Assembly (NCBI GenBank): GCA_039028615.1
Contig: JBCCHT010000039.1
Span: forward strand, 47,040 to 111,039
Length of the DNA: 64,000 nt
Direction: 5' to 3'
Origin: Myxococcota bacterium
GTDB lineage: Bacteria > Myxococcota_A > Polyangia > Nannocystales > Nannocystaceae
The notes beneath the pieces were generated by a model. That model saw only the letters and a program-made list of their open reading frames with translations. It ran no database searches and was not told where the DNA came from. A program made the translations under genes and the position numbers. Shown one piece after another: positions 1-9,700 of the stretch (positions are counted from its first letter, which is position 1; every line of letters starts with the position of its first letter).

Positions 1-639
1 GTCGACGGCGTCCCGGTCGAACACACCATCTTGAGCACCCGCGGGGTCTGGAAGCTGCCCGGTCTGGGTCGCGGCGAGCACGACGTCGAGCTCGGACCCC
101 TGCCTCCTGGTGTGCGCGTGTACCTCGACCGACCGGGGCTCGATCCACGCCGCGGCAGCACCGACGTCTTCCGCGTGATCACCCTGTATCGGCTCGAGGA
201 CGACCCCATGGGCCTGAAGGTCGACAAGACGGGCGACGACGGCGAGTACATCAACGCGCTGATGATCCGCTGCGACGATCGAGAGCCGAGCCAGCTGAGC
301 GTGCTGCTCGACAACGGCTCGCCGCGACGGCGCCGCGGCGTGCCCATCCAGCGGGTCACCCGAGCCGTGCGCGAGCGGGAGCTGCCCGCCCGCGGCCCGT
401 CGACCGAGCTGGTGTTCTTCGACCGCCCGCAAGCGCGCTGCGAGGCGCTGGGGCGGGTGCCCATTCCGCTCGGCGCCGACCTGGCCCTCGGCCCTCATCG
501 CGTCACGCTGCGCATGAAGGACGGCCCCGGGGTCTGGGTTCGGTTCTTCCGACGGGGGGTCGACGACTCACAGGACCTGCGCGCATTCGAGTGGACCGAA
601 CGACTACTCGACCTCGGCGACACCGCGGGGGCACCATGA
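1..639 (+). CDS. Hypothetical protein, 5'-truncated by the window edge; first visible gene of the pgsB-like operon
   Basis: Frame is open from base 1 (VDGVPVEHTILSTRG...) to TGA at 637-639, has GC-rich third positions, and its stop overlaps the next ATG (ATGA 636-639). Confidence 0.75.
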   Translation, partial: VDGVPVEHTILSTRGVWKLPGLGRGEHDVELGPLPPGVRVYLDRPGLDPRRGSTDVFRVITLYRLEDDPMGLKVDKTGDDGEYINALMIRCDDREPSQLSVLLDNGSPRRRRGVPIQRVTRAVRERELPARGPSTELVFFDRPQARCEALGRVPIPLGADLALGPHRVTLRMKDGPGVWVRFFRRGVDDSQDLRAFEWTERLLDLGDTAGAP

Positions 640-1658
640 ACGAGATGCCGCGCGCGCGAAACCTGCTGTGGGTCACCACCACGGCGAGCTGCTTGCTCGC
701 GGGGGGTCCCGACGAGGCTTCGCAGCGCCAGCGCGGCTCCTCGCACGCCACCGATCCCGGCGAGCGCCTGGGTCCCGAGCGAGACATGAGCGCGCGACAG
801 GCCCGGGCCGCGCTGTGGCCCAACCTGCGAGGCCAGGGCTACGAGGCCGCGTCGACCGAGCACGTCGAGGCCACCCAGCAGCTGCTCGCCGCGACCATGA
901 CCTACGCCACCGGGAGCACCGACGGCCAGGCGCTGCCCCAGCTCGCGCTCGCGGCCGGGCTGCTGCTGCAGCGCTGGAAGATCGACGAGCACCACTACCT
1001 GGCGATCCTCGAGGGCCCCGACGGCTCCGGTCGCACGGGGGCCTTCCTGCTGCGCCTGGGCCCCCCGCCCGCCGATGGGCGAGAACGACTGCTGCAAGCG
1101 CCCCACGCCTTCTTCGACATGGGTACGGGCCGGGTGACGCTCGACGTGCTGCTCGCTCGCCCCGCCGACTTCCGGGGGCTAGCCACCAACACGCTGCAGC
1201 GCTACGTGCAGCCCGACGGCACCAAGAAAAAGTCCGCCCGCAACCCGGCCGACGTCTGCCACAACCACCGGCATCCCTTCGTGGCCGCCACCGTGGGCAT
1301 GGCCGAGGCGAGTGATGCCCTCGAGGTCATTCAGCTGCACGGGTTCGGGGACGACCGCACCATCCCCGAGCTGCCCGAGGCCTGGGCCATCGTCAGCGCG
1401 GGCTCGCTCGACCCCGGCTGGCCGCGCGTCACCGCGGTCGCCACCGCGCTCGAGCGAGACTTCGGCGTCACCATTGCCCGCTACCCCGAGGACGTCGAGC
1501 TGCTCGGGGGCACCACCAACGTCATCGGACAGCGCGTGCGCTCCATCCCGGACGCGACCTTCCTGCACCTCGAGCTGTCCTCGAACTTCCGCACCAAGCT
1601 CCGCCAAAAGCCCGAGTGGTCACGACGGTTCGCCGCCGCGCTGGTCTCTGCTCCGTGA
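636..1658 (+). CDS. Exported Zn-dependent peptidase/amidohydrolase, gamma-PGA-hydrolase/N-formylglutamate-amidohydrolase-like
   Basis: Hydrophobic N-terminus; motifs QAPHAFFD, QLHGF and FLHLELS parallel the APH..E / HG / QxE motifs of PghP-type hydrolases; ATGA and TGATG overlaps with both neighbours. Confidence 0.65.
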   Translation: MNEMPRARNLLWVTTTASCLLAGGPDEASQRQRGSSHATDPGERLGPERDMSARQARAALWPNLRGQGYEAASTEHVEATQQLLAATMTYATGSTDGQALPQLALAAGLLLQRWKIDEHHYLAILEGPDGSGRTGAFLLRLGPPPADGRERLLQAPHAFFDMGTGRVTLDVLLARPADFRGLATNTLQRYVQPDGTKKKSARNPADVCHNHRHPFVAATVGMAEASDALEVIQLHGFGDDRTIPELPEAWAIVSAGSLDPGWPRVTAVATALERDFGVTIARYPEDVELLGGTTNVIGQRVRSIPDATFLHLELSSNFRTKLRQKPEWSRRFAAALVSAP

Positions 1659-4600
1659 TGGCCCGGTGGCTGCTGACCCTGCTGCTGTTGTCCATGGTGG
1701 GGCTGTGCTCGCGCCCCGCCGCCGCCGTTCCCCCTCCCCTGGCCACCGATCGGGCGGAGTGGACCTGGAGCCCCACACCCGTGCACTACGGGGTCGATCC
1801 CGCCGACGTACGAGCGAGCGCGCCCTTCGTGCCCCGAGGAACACCCCGCGTCGAGGGCAAGGTCGTCATCGAGCCCGGTCGCGCGGTGGTGGTGTGGATG
1901 AGCGCCCTGTCCACGGTTCGCGTGCGAAAGACCCGGCCGGAGTCGAGGGGCACGCTGAGCTTCTCGCGGGTCGAGCCCAGCGCGGGCCTGGCCACGGCGC
2001 GGGTCGATGAAGACGGGATCGCGGTCGCCCCCGGGACGTGGCTGCTTCGGCACCCGGTCGGCTGGGGCGCGCCGTGGCTCGTGCAGAGCGATCGACGAGT
2101 GGAGATCGTGGTGGAGCAGGCCGTCGCTCGTCGGGGGCAGCGGATCTGGGAGCACGTGCACGACAACGTCTTGCAGTGGGTGCAGCTGCGCGGCTCCATG
2201 CCCCACCTGCCTTCGACGGCGGGCTCCGAGCGCTATGTCCGACGGCGCCTGGCCGATCGCGAGGTCGCGCGGGAGATCCAGGACCTGTCGGGGGGCAACG
2301 CCGAGGTGCGCCAGGCCCTGATCGCATGGCGCATGATTCGAGCCGCCGATGAACTCGACCTGCTGCGCCCCCTGGGCCAGGTCGAGGAGATCGTGCCCAA
2401 GGCCGCGCCGACGGTGGAGCTGCCCCACCTCCGCGACGACCCCACCTCCGCCTCGGCCGACCTGCACTTCGTTCGCGTGGAGCCGGAGCAGCCGTGGCAC
2501 TTCGGGGTGCGTGGTCCGGGGGTGCTGCGGCTGGGCCTGCGAGCGTTGCTGCCCCCCGATGGCCCGCGCTCGCGACCGCTGTCCGCGGTGGTGAAGACCC
2601 GAGGCGACGACGGTCGCGAGCACGTGGTGAGGCGCCTGGACGTGCTCGCATCGGTCGCGCGAGTCCGTGACGTCGGCGATCCACAGGCGCCCATCCCCAC
2701 GCTGGTCGACGCCCGCACCGAAGCCGGAGAGCTCGCGTCGCTGGAGCACACGCTGACGGTGCCCCTGCGGCCGGGCAAGCACGAATACTGGGTGGAAATC
2801 GCGGGCAGCCCGGTGGCCCTGCGCGCCCGGCTGGGCCGCGTGGTTCCGCAGGCGCACGGTCGAGACTCGACACAATGGCGGGCCCGCACCCGTCGTCGCG
2901 CCCTCGCCCGACTCGACGATCAGCGCACGGTGGCCGCCCACGTGACGCGCCTTTTGTTGGCCGATCCCTGGGTCGCGCCGTGGCGCCTGCCGCTGCCCCT
3001 GCGCAAGACCCTGGGCCGCGATGCGCCGCGCGTCCGCGTGTTCATGGAGCTTCACTCGCTGCGGCGGCGAGACATCGATGCCGTCAGCCGCATGGCGCGA
3101 GGTCGCCAGGTGAATGCATGGCTGCCCTTGGCCCCCGAGGCCGACGCCCTCGACATCGAGCTGCGCATGCAGATGTTCGAGCTGCGCATGGCCGCCGGGC
3201 GACACCTGCGAGCGGTGGAGATGCTGCGCAGCCACGCGGGGGCCCTCAACGGCGACGAGCTGCCCGCCCTGGTCGACGCGGTGCAGGAGCCCGGACGCGC
3301 GTGGCCGCTGATGGGTGCGCTCGATGCCGTGGCCGCCCGCGCCCCGCTGGCCAGCCGACTGCGGGCCGCCCATGCGCGCCTGTGGTCGTGGACGAGCTGG
3401 GCGCGGCTGCACCCCACCACCGACGTTCCCGCGTGGCGCTGGGTCGAGCCACCGACCGCCCGCTCGCCGACCGCCGACTCGCCGCCCGGGGCCCTGTGGT
3501 CCATGCCCCTGCGGACCGCGGTGAAGCTCGTCGCCCCCGCGCACCCCTTCGAGCGCGATCGGACCCCCGTGCTGCGGATCTCCGTGCACGCCGACGCCCC
3601 CGTGAAAGGTCCGCTGAAGCTTCAGGTCGGCGACGACGTATTCACCACGCCCATGCTCGGCCTCTCGGAGGTGTTCGAGGTCGCGGTGCCCGTGGGGACT
3701 CACTTGGTCTGGCTCGATGCCCCCGAAGGCGTGCACGCGCTGAGCAACTTGCACCCTGCCCCCGGACAGACGCACGCCAAAGGGCCGAGCCCGCTGCGGA
3801 CCACGATGTGGCCGGCCCACCGCGACGGTCGGGCGACCCAGTTCGACCTCGGTGCGCTGCCCCGCGACACGCTGGTCCAGGTGGGACTGCGGGTCATCGA
3901 TCCTCCCTCGTCGCCGGCCGAGCCCGTCACCGCGTGGGTCTGCTTCGACGACGGCCAGCGGCGTCGGGTCGTCGTCGCGCCCGGGTCTCGCCCCACCGAG
4001 CTCATCACCATGCCGGGCGCGCCGACCGTGTCCGATCGCGTGCACGTGGTGGTACCGGCCTCGCGTCGCGCGACGCGGGTGTGGGTCGAATCCGAGACGC
4101 CGCTGGCGGTGGCGGCCAAGGTGCGGCGCTGGGATCCGCCACCCGCCCAGGCCTTCGCAGAGACCACCACCGTGGCCACCCGAGGCCCGGGCGCTCGACT
4201 CACGCCGCAAACACGCCACGCCGCCACGAACCGACGCCGCGTCCGACGAGGTGAGCCCTACGAGCGACTGCGGCAATCGACGCGGCGCATCGCAGCCCAG
4301 CCCAAGTCCATTCGCGCCCGGGTGGAGCATGCCCATCGCCTGCTCGACGTCGGCGATCGCCAGCGCGCCCAGTGGGAGCTGCTCGACGTGCTCGAGGCCA
4401 ACCCGCTGCGCCCCGACGATCCACGCGTGCCCCTGGTGCAGGCCCTTCAGGCGCGCATCGATGCGTTCTTGACCGACGACTACATTCGCCAGCCGAACAC
4501 CCCGTATCCGCAGCCGTTGCTGCTACGGCCGGCCATGGCTGCGCTGGGACCCGACCACCCCTCGCGCTCGCAGGTCGCCGAGGCCACCGCCGCCGCGCAC

Positions 4601-6718
4601 GAGGGACGGCTGCGCGAGGCGTTCGAGGGTCACGCCGACGCCTATGCGCACAGCGAGGCCCTGGGCCCGGGCTATGCCGCCGCGCTCGCCTACGCCGATG
4701 CACTGTGGGGAACGCCGGGTCAGCCCCTCGATCCCTCGTGGGTCCCCCTGCGCTCGCTGGCCTACGGCGTCACCAGCCGAGTGCGCGCACAGATCGACAC
4801 GCCGCGCCTCCGTCGGCTGCACAACGAGCTGGCCACCCCCGGTCAGTGGCAGCCCCTCCAGCTCGCCGAGCGAAGCGCGGGCACCCAGGATCGAGGGCGT
4901 CGCGCCAACACCCGAGCGCTCACCGACACCGAGCGGCTGTGGTGGGCCCTGCTCGCTCCGCCCTGGGCCGAAGGCGAGGGGCAGCTGCTGCGCTCGGGGG
5001 CGCGGAGCATCATCAAGCTCGAGCTGCCCGACCCCCACGCGATCGAGCTGGAGGTGTTCTGCGACGATCGCCGCAGCGATGCGGACGAGCTGTCGGTCGA
5101 GCTGCGCACTGAAGACTCGACCACGCCCATGCAGGACGACACGCTGGTGCTGCCTCGCCGCCGCGCACGACGACATCGGCTCCCGGCTCGTCGCGGCTCG
5201 GTGCGCATCGAGTTGCGGCTCCCGCCGGGCGCTCCCGAGCGACGCTGTGCGGTGCGCTGGCAGCTGGTGCGCTCGGCCACCGAGGCCCTCGTCTCCGAGC
5301 GACCCCTGCGGTGGCTGCGAGCCGAGCCGGGGCGACCGGTGGAGATGATCGTGCTGGGCCCCACCGCCTTGCGCCTGAACCTCGAGCCGCGCCGTGAAGA
5401 CACGTCCACCACCGCCACCGTGCAGATCGCCGACCTGGCGGGCAAGGACCCGCAATTCGTGTCGCTCCCCGTCGAGGCGGTCGGCGACGGCGGCTCGGAC
5501 CCCGTCACTCTGCTCATACCGCAGGCGGGGGCGCAGCGGCTGACGATCAACACCGACGACGAAGGCGTGCTCGCCCGGGTGGCCGTGCGTCGCTCGAGCG
5601 ACGGCAGCGACGAGGCCGTCGCCGAGCAGATCGCCGCCCTCGCTCCCACCACCCACGGCTCGGACACCGCCGCCGTTTCGGCCGCCCTCGACCTCGACCC
5701 ACCGGGTCCCTACTGGCCCTCGGGCGCCGATGCACGCCCCACCGAGCGCATCGCCGACGCTCCCTCCGACGCCACCGGGCGGCTCGGCTCCTTCGAGGCC
5801 GAGCTCGGCTTCAGCCGCACCGACATCGCCGAGGCCGACGACCCCCGCCCCCGCAGTCGATTGCGCGGCAGCGTGCTGTGGCGGCGCGAGCTGTACCCCG
5901 ATCACATCTGGCTCAAGCTGGCCACCCACGGTCAGGGGCGCGACGGGGCCGGGGGCGCGGGAGGAGCGGCCGCCACCGCCTACGCCCAGCTCGGCTCGCG
6001 GCGCCTGCGGGGATGGGCCTCGGTCGCCTCGTGGGCGGAGCGCTACGGCGACATCCCGGCGTCGAGCGTCCGCGCCACGCTGCATCTCGATCGACCGCTG
6101 GGCATCACCCCGTCGCTCGCCGTCATCCCCTACTTCCGCAGCTCGTATCGCCACCAATCCCTCGACGACGCCCAGTTCGACATCGACATCGACCCCTCGC
6201 ACGCCCAGGTGTTCTCGGCCTACGTCGAAGACCACCCGCTGGTGCTCACCCCCGGGGCGCGGCTGCGCTGGAATCCGTATCGCGACCTGCAGGTCTCGGG
6301 TGAGGTCAGCGCCACGCCCAACTCCGTGCCCGACTCGCTCGACCACGTCGACGGCGCGGTGAACCTCCAGGGCATCATCGACACCCGGCTGCCCCTGCTG
6401 GTGCGCTACGGCGGCGCCTACCGGGCCTCGCTGCGCTTCGAGGACGACGACCGCGTCCAGACCTTCGTTCGCCACAGCCCCAGCCTCAATGCGGGCGTGA
6501 CCTGGATCTTCCGCTCTGTCGGTCGCCTGAACCTCGATCTCCGCGATACCGTCTACCTGTCGCGCCCCTTTGCCCCCCGCAATGGTGTGCACGTGGTGCT
6601 GTCCTTCGAGCTGACCTTGGACCGAGGCGTCCGCGATACCTCCCCCATGGAGCTGCTGTTCCGCCCCGCCTACCGCTACCGATGGTGGCAAGCCCCGCCG
6701 CGGAGGTCGGCGCGGTGA
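1658..6718 (+). CDS. Large secreted protein (~1686 aa): signal peptide, beta-rich domains, TPR-like patch, probable C-terminal outer-membrane beta-barrel
   Basis: Signal peptide MARWLLTLLLLSMVGLCSRPAAA; helical repeat-like segment ~4260-4450; alternating amphipathic strands rich in aromatic and Gly residues ~5780-6640; coupled to both neighbours. Confidence 0.7.
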   Translation: MARWLLTLLLLSMVGLCSRPAAAVPPPLATDRAEWTWSPTPVHYGVDPADVRASAPFVPRGTPRVEGKVVIEPGRAVVVWMSALSTVRVRKTRPESRGTLSFSRVEPSAGLATARVDEDGIAVAPGTWLLRHPVGWGAPWLVQSDRRVEIVVEQAVARRGQRIWEHVHDNVLQWVQLRGSMPHLPSTAGSERYVRRRLADREVAREIQDLSGGNAEVRQALIAWRMIRAADELDLLRPLGQVEEIVPKAAPTVELPHLRDDPTSASADLHFVRVEPEQPWHFGVRGPGVLRLGLRALLPPDGPRSRPLSAVVKTRGDDGREHVVRRLDVLASVARVRDVGDPQAPIPTLVDARTEAGELASLEHTLTVPLRPGKHEYWVEIAGSPVALRARLGRVVPQAHGRDSTQWRARTRRRALARLDDQRTVAAHVTRLLLADPWVAPWRLPLPLRKTLGRDAPRVRVFMELHSLRRRDIDAVSRMARGRQVNAWLPLAPEADALDIELRMQMFELRMAAGRHLRAVEMLRSHAGALNGDELPALVDAVQEPGRAWPLMGALDAVAARAPLASRLRAAHARLWSWTSWARLHPTTDVPAWRWVEPPTARSPTADSPPGALWSMPLRTAVKLVAPAHPFERDRTPVLRISVHADAPVKGPLKLQVGDDVFTTPMLGLSEVFEVAVPVGTHLVWLDAPEGVHALSNLHPAPGQTHAKGPSPLRTTMWPAHRDGRATQFDLGALPRDTLVQVGLRVIDPPSSPAEPVTAWVCFDDGQRRRVVVAPGSRPTELITMPGAPTVSDRVHVVVPASRRATRVWVESETPLAVAAKVRRWDPPPAQAFAETTTVATRGPGARLTPQTRHAATNRRRVRRGEPYERLRQSTRRIAAQPKSIRARVEHAHRLLDVGDRQRAQWELLDVLEANPLRPDDPRVPLVQALQARIDAFLTDDYIRQPNTPYPQPLLLRPAMAALGPDHPSRSQVAEATAAAHEGRLREAFEGHADAYAHSEALGPGYAAALAYADALWGTPGQPLDPSWVPLRSLAYGVTSRVRAQIDTPRLRRLHNELATPGQWQPLQLAERSAGTQDRGRRANTRALTDTERLWWALLAPPWAEGEGQLLRSGARSIIKLELPDPHAIELEVFCDDRRSDADELSVELRTEDSTTPMQDDTLVLPRRRARRHRLPARRGSVRIELRLPPGAPERRCAVRWQLVRSATEALVSERPLRWLRAEPGRPVEMIVLGPTALRLNLEPRREDTSTTATVQIADLAGKDPQFVSLPVEAVGDGGSDPVTLLIPQAGAQRLTINTDDEGVLARVAVRRSSDGSDEAVAEQIAALAPTTHGSDTAAVSAALDLDPPGPYWPSGADARPTERIADAPSDATGRLGSFEAELGFSRTDIAEADDPRPRSRLRGSVLWRRELYPDHIWLKLATHGQGRDGAGGAGGAAATAYAQLGSRRLRGWASVASWAERYGDIPASSVRATLHLDRPLGITPSLAVIPYFRSSYRHQSLDDAQFDIDIDPSHAQVFSAYVEDHPLVLTPGARLRWNPYRDLQVSGEVSATPNSVPDSLDHVDGAVNLQGIIDTRLPLLVRYGGAYRASLRFEDDDRVQTFVRHSPSLNAGVTWIFRSVGRLNLDLRDTVYLSRPFAPRNGVHVVLSFELTLDRGVRDTSPMELLFRPAYRYRWWQAPPRRSAR

Positions 6719-9700
6719 AGATCGGCCCGCTGAAGCTCGGCGTGCCCTCGCTGGCGCGGGTGCGGCACCACGACGATCCGAGCTCGCCCGCCTACGTGGG
6801 ACGAGACAGCCATCGCCGCGCGGTCATCGACCTCATCGCGCGCCACATGTCTCCGCTGCAGGCCAAGGTGCGGCGTCGGGTGCTGGACGAGCTGTCGCGG
6901 CGCATCGTCGACCGCGAGGGCGAGATCGATCTGTTCTTCCAGCTCGACGAATCGGAGCGCCTGGCCGCGACCCTGCTGCACGCCCGCCATGTGATCCCCG
7001 TGCTCGAGGCCGAAGAGGAGCGCTTCGTGGTCGAGTTTCGCCGGCTGGTGCGAGCCCACGACGCCCTCGATTCCCAGGCCGAGCAGCGGCGCTTCTTGGC
7101 CGATCACCTGCAACGTACCGCGTCGAGCCGCGGGCAGGCCCGGGCCGACCGTGCCGCCCTGCGTCGCAACCTCAACCTCGAGGCGCTCAAGGAACGGCAC
7201 GATGGCGATCGGCATCGGGTGTTGGTGCAGGTCGAGGTCTCGCTCGACTTCATGGCCGGGGCCCTGGTCACGCTGGGCCCCGACGCGCCCGCCCCGACTG
7301 AATCCAAGGCCTCGGCGCTGGCGCTGTTGGGTGACTCCGACGTGCTCGAGTTCCTGGTGACCTACGCCCGGACCCAAGCGCGCTGGCAGACCCGCTGGGC
7401 CGCCGCCCGAGCGCTGGAGGCCTACGTCTGCACGGGCATCACGCTCACGGACGCGCAGATCGAGGGCCTGCGCGGGCGCATCGCCGACAAGAACGAGCAC
7501 CCGTGGGTGGTCTCGGTGTTGGTGAGCACGCTGTGGACGACCCGGCCGCAGCTCGCTCGTACGATCACCGAGGAGCGCCTACGCACGCCTCTGGAGCACC
7601 CGCTGGACTTTCTGGTACGGCGGCTGCTGCTCGACCAGACCCATCGCGACGGGCCCTGGGCGCTGGGCGTCATCGAGGCCCTGCTGCACCGAGGAGACCC
7701 CGCCCAGCACGTACGCCTGGGCATCAACCGGGTACTGCGGCGTCTGCTCGACGAGCACCCCGAGGCGCTCGATCTCATCGTCTCGCAAGTCGGCATCTTG
7801 CCCGCGAGCGCGCCCGAGCCCGAGCCCGCCCCGCGGCGCAAGAGGAAGAAGGCCAAAGCCGAGCCCGCGCCCGCGCCGAAGCTCGAGCTGCCGTCGGAGA
7901 CCGTCAGCACCGAGGACGTCGCATCCTCCAACGACGCCAATTACGACTCCGCCGATCGCAAGAAGAAGCAACGCCGCAAGCGACGGCGAAAGAAGAAGGA
8001 CAACAAAGAAAAGAAGAAACGGAAGAAGACGGAGAAGCCCGCTCCGCCACAACAGCCCGCGCAGGACGAGCCGACCGAGGCCGTCGAGGAGCCCGCGAAG
8101 GACGAGCCGACGCCGGCCGAGCCCGAGGCACCGACCGAAGACTCCGGGCCCAGCGAGCATGCCGTCGTGCCCGACGTGGGCGATGCCGCGGCACGGGTTC
8201 GAGCCGTGGCGGGGCGAGCATTGGTCGTCACCCTGGGCGAGCGCCTCGCCTGCCCCGAAGCGGGCCCGCGGGGCAAACAGAGCCTCGCGTACCTCCACAC
8301 CTGGCTACGGCGTGAGCGCGACGAGCTACCCCTGCTGGTCACCTTCGAGGCCCTCCGTCGCGTGCTCGAAGACATCCACGAGGACCACGACGGTCGCGAG
8401 GCGCTACGGATCCTCGCCCCCGTGCTCGCCGAGCTGTCCCGTGACGGCGCTGCGTCGCCCGCCATCCACGAAGACGCTGCCGCCACCCTCGAGACCCTCG
8501 ATCGCGTGCTCAGCCCACCGCGCCGGGCCCTGGTCGCCCGGCTGCGCTCCGCCTTGTCGCAGACCTCGGTGCCCGGCTCGTGCCGCGTGCCCCTGACCGA
8601 GGACAACGAGCGCGCCGACGTGGGCCGAGCCCTGGCCGAGATCACCCGCGATGACTGGGGCGTCTCTGCGTCGCTGTCACCTCGCCGGGCACGCCTGCGC
8701 CGTGGCGACCGCTTCACCACCAAGCTGTGGCGAGTGCTGCACGAGATCCGCAACCCCGCGCCCAACAAGCGCCAGGGCTTTCGCCACACCGTCGGCCGCG
8801 TGCTCACGGGCGACCTGCGAGCCCACAGCGGACAGCTGCACGAGGTCACCCCCACCGTGGTCCCCGGCGAGCGCGTGCACATCCGGGGCGAGGGCGGCTG
8901 GGGTCGACACGTGCCCTCGGCCGACGACGTGACCACCGTGCCCCTGCTTCGGCCGCGCCCGGTGGAGCTTTACAGCAGCTTCGGCGTCACTCGACTGCGC
9001 GCCACCGGATCGCTCGCCAAGCGCCTGTGGTCGCGCGCGCGGCTGACCTTCCGCTACGCCGAGGTGGCCGCCCAGCGCAGCACCAGCCTCGACTCCGACG
9101 AGCCCGAGGAGTCGCGCCGCTACCTGACGATGCTGCGCGATCGCTACGGCATCGAGGTGGAGATCGAGCCCGCGCCCCCCTGCGGCGAGCACCCGCGGGC
9201 CCTGCCCGAGCGCATCACCGCCCTGCTGCCCGGCGAACCGGAGCCCCCCGCCGACGCGTCGTCCAAGCCGTCGACGAAGGTCGCCGCGCTCGCGCTGGCC
9301 CCCGACGCGCTCACCCCCGGCGTGCTGCCCCGCCTCGACGAGTGGCTCGACACCCACGTCCACTACTTCCTGTCGATGCAGGCCAACCAACAGGCCTCGC
9401 TCGCCGCGTTCTTCCTCGGGGCCTTCGCGCTGTTCTTCGGCGACTCGTTCCGCCGCCGCCACTCCATCGATCGCGCCCGCAAGAAGATCCCCCTGTGCAT
9501 CGGCGGCTGGGGCACCCGCGGCAAGTCGGGCACCGAGCGGATCAAGGCGGGCCTGTTCCACGGCCTCGGCTACCAGGTCTTCTCCAAGACGACCGGCTGC
9601 GAGGCGATGATGATCCACTCCGTACCCGAGGGCCCTCCCGCCGAGGTCTTCGTGTTCCGCCCCTACGGCAAGGCCACCATCTGGGAGCAGCGCAACCTGC

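Noticed and set aside
1481..4336. 951-aa reverse-strand ORF and many other long antisense ORFs (e.g. 4523-6691, 8677-10395, 25541-27463, 45218-47284)
   Set aside because: Shadow ORFs expected in high-GC DNA opposite well-supported genes; no motifs
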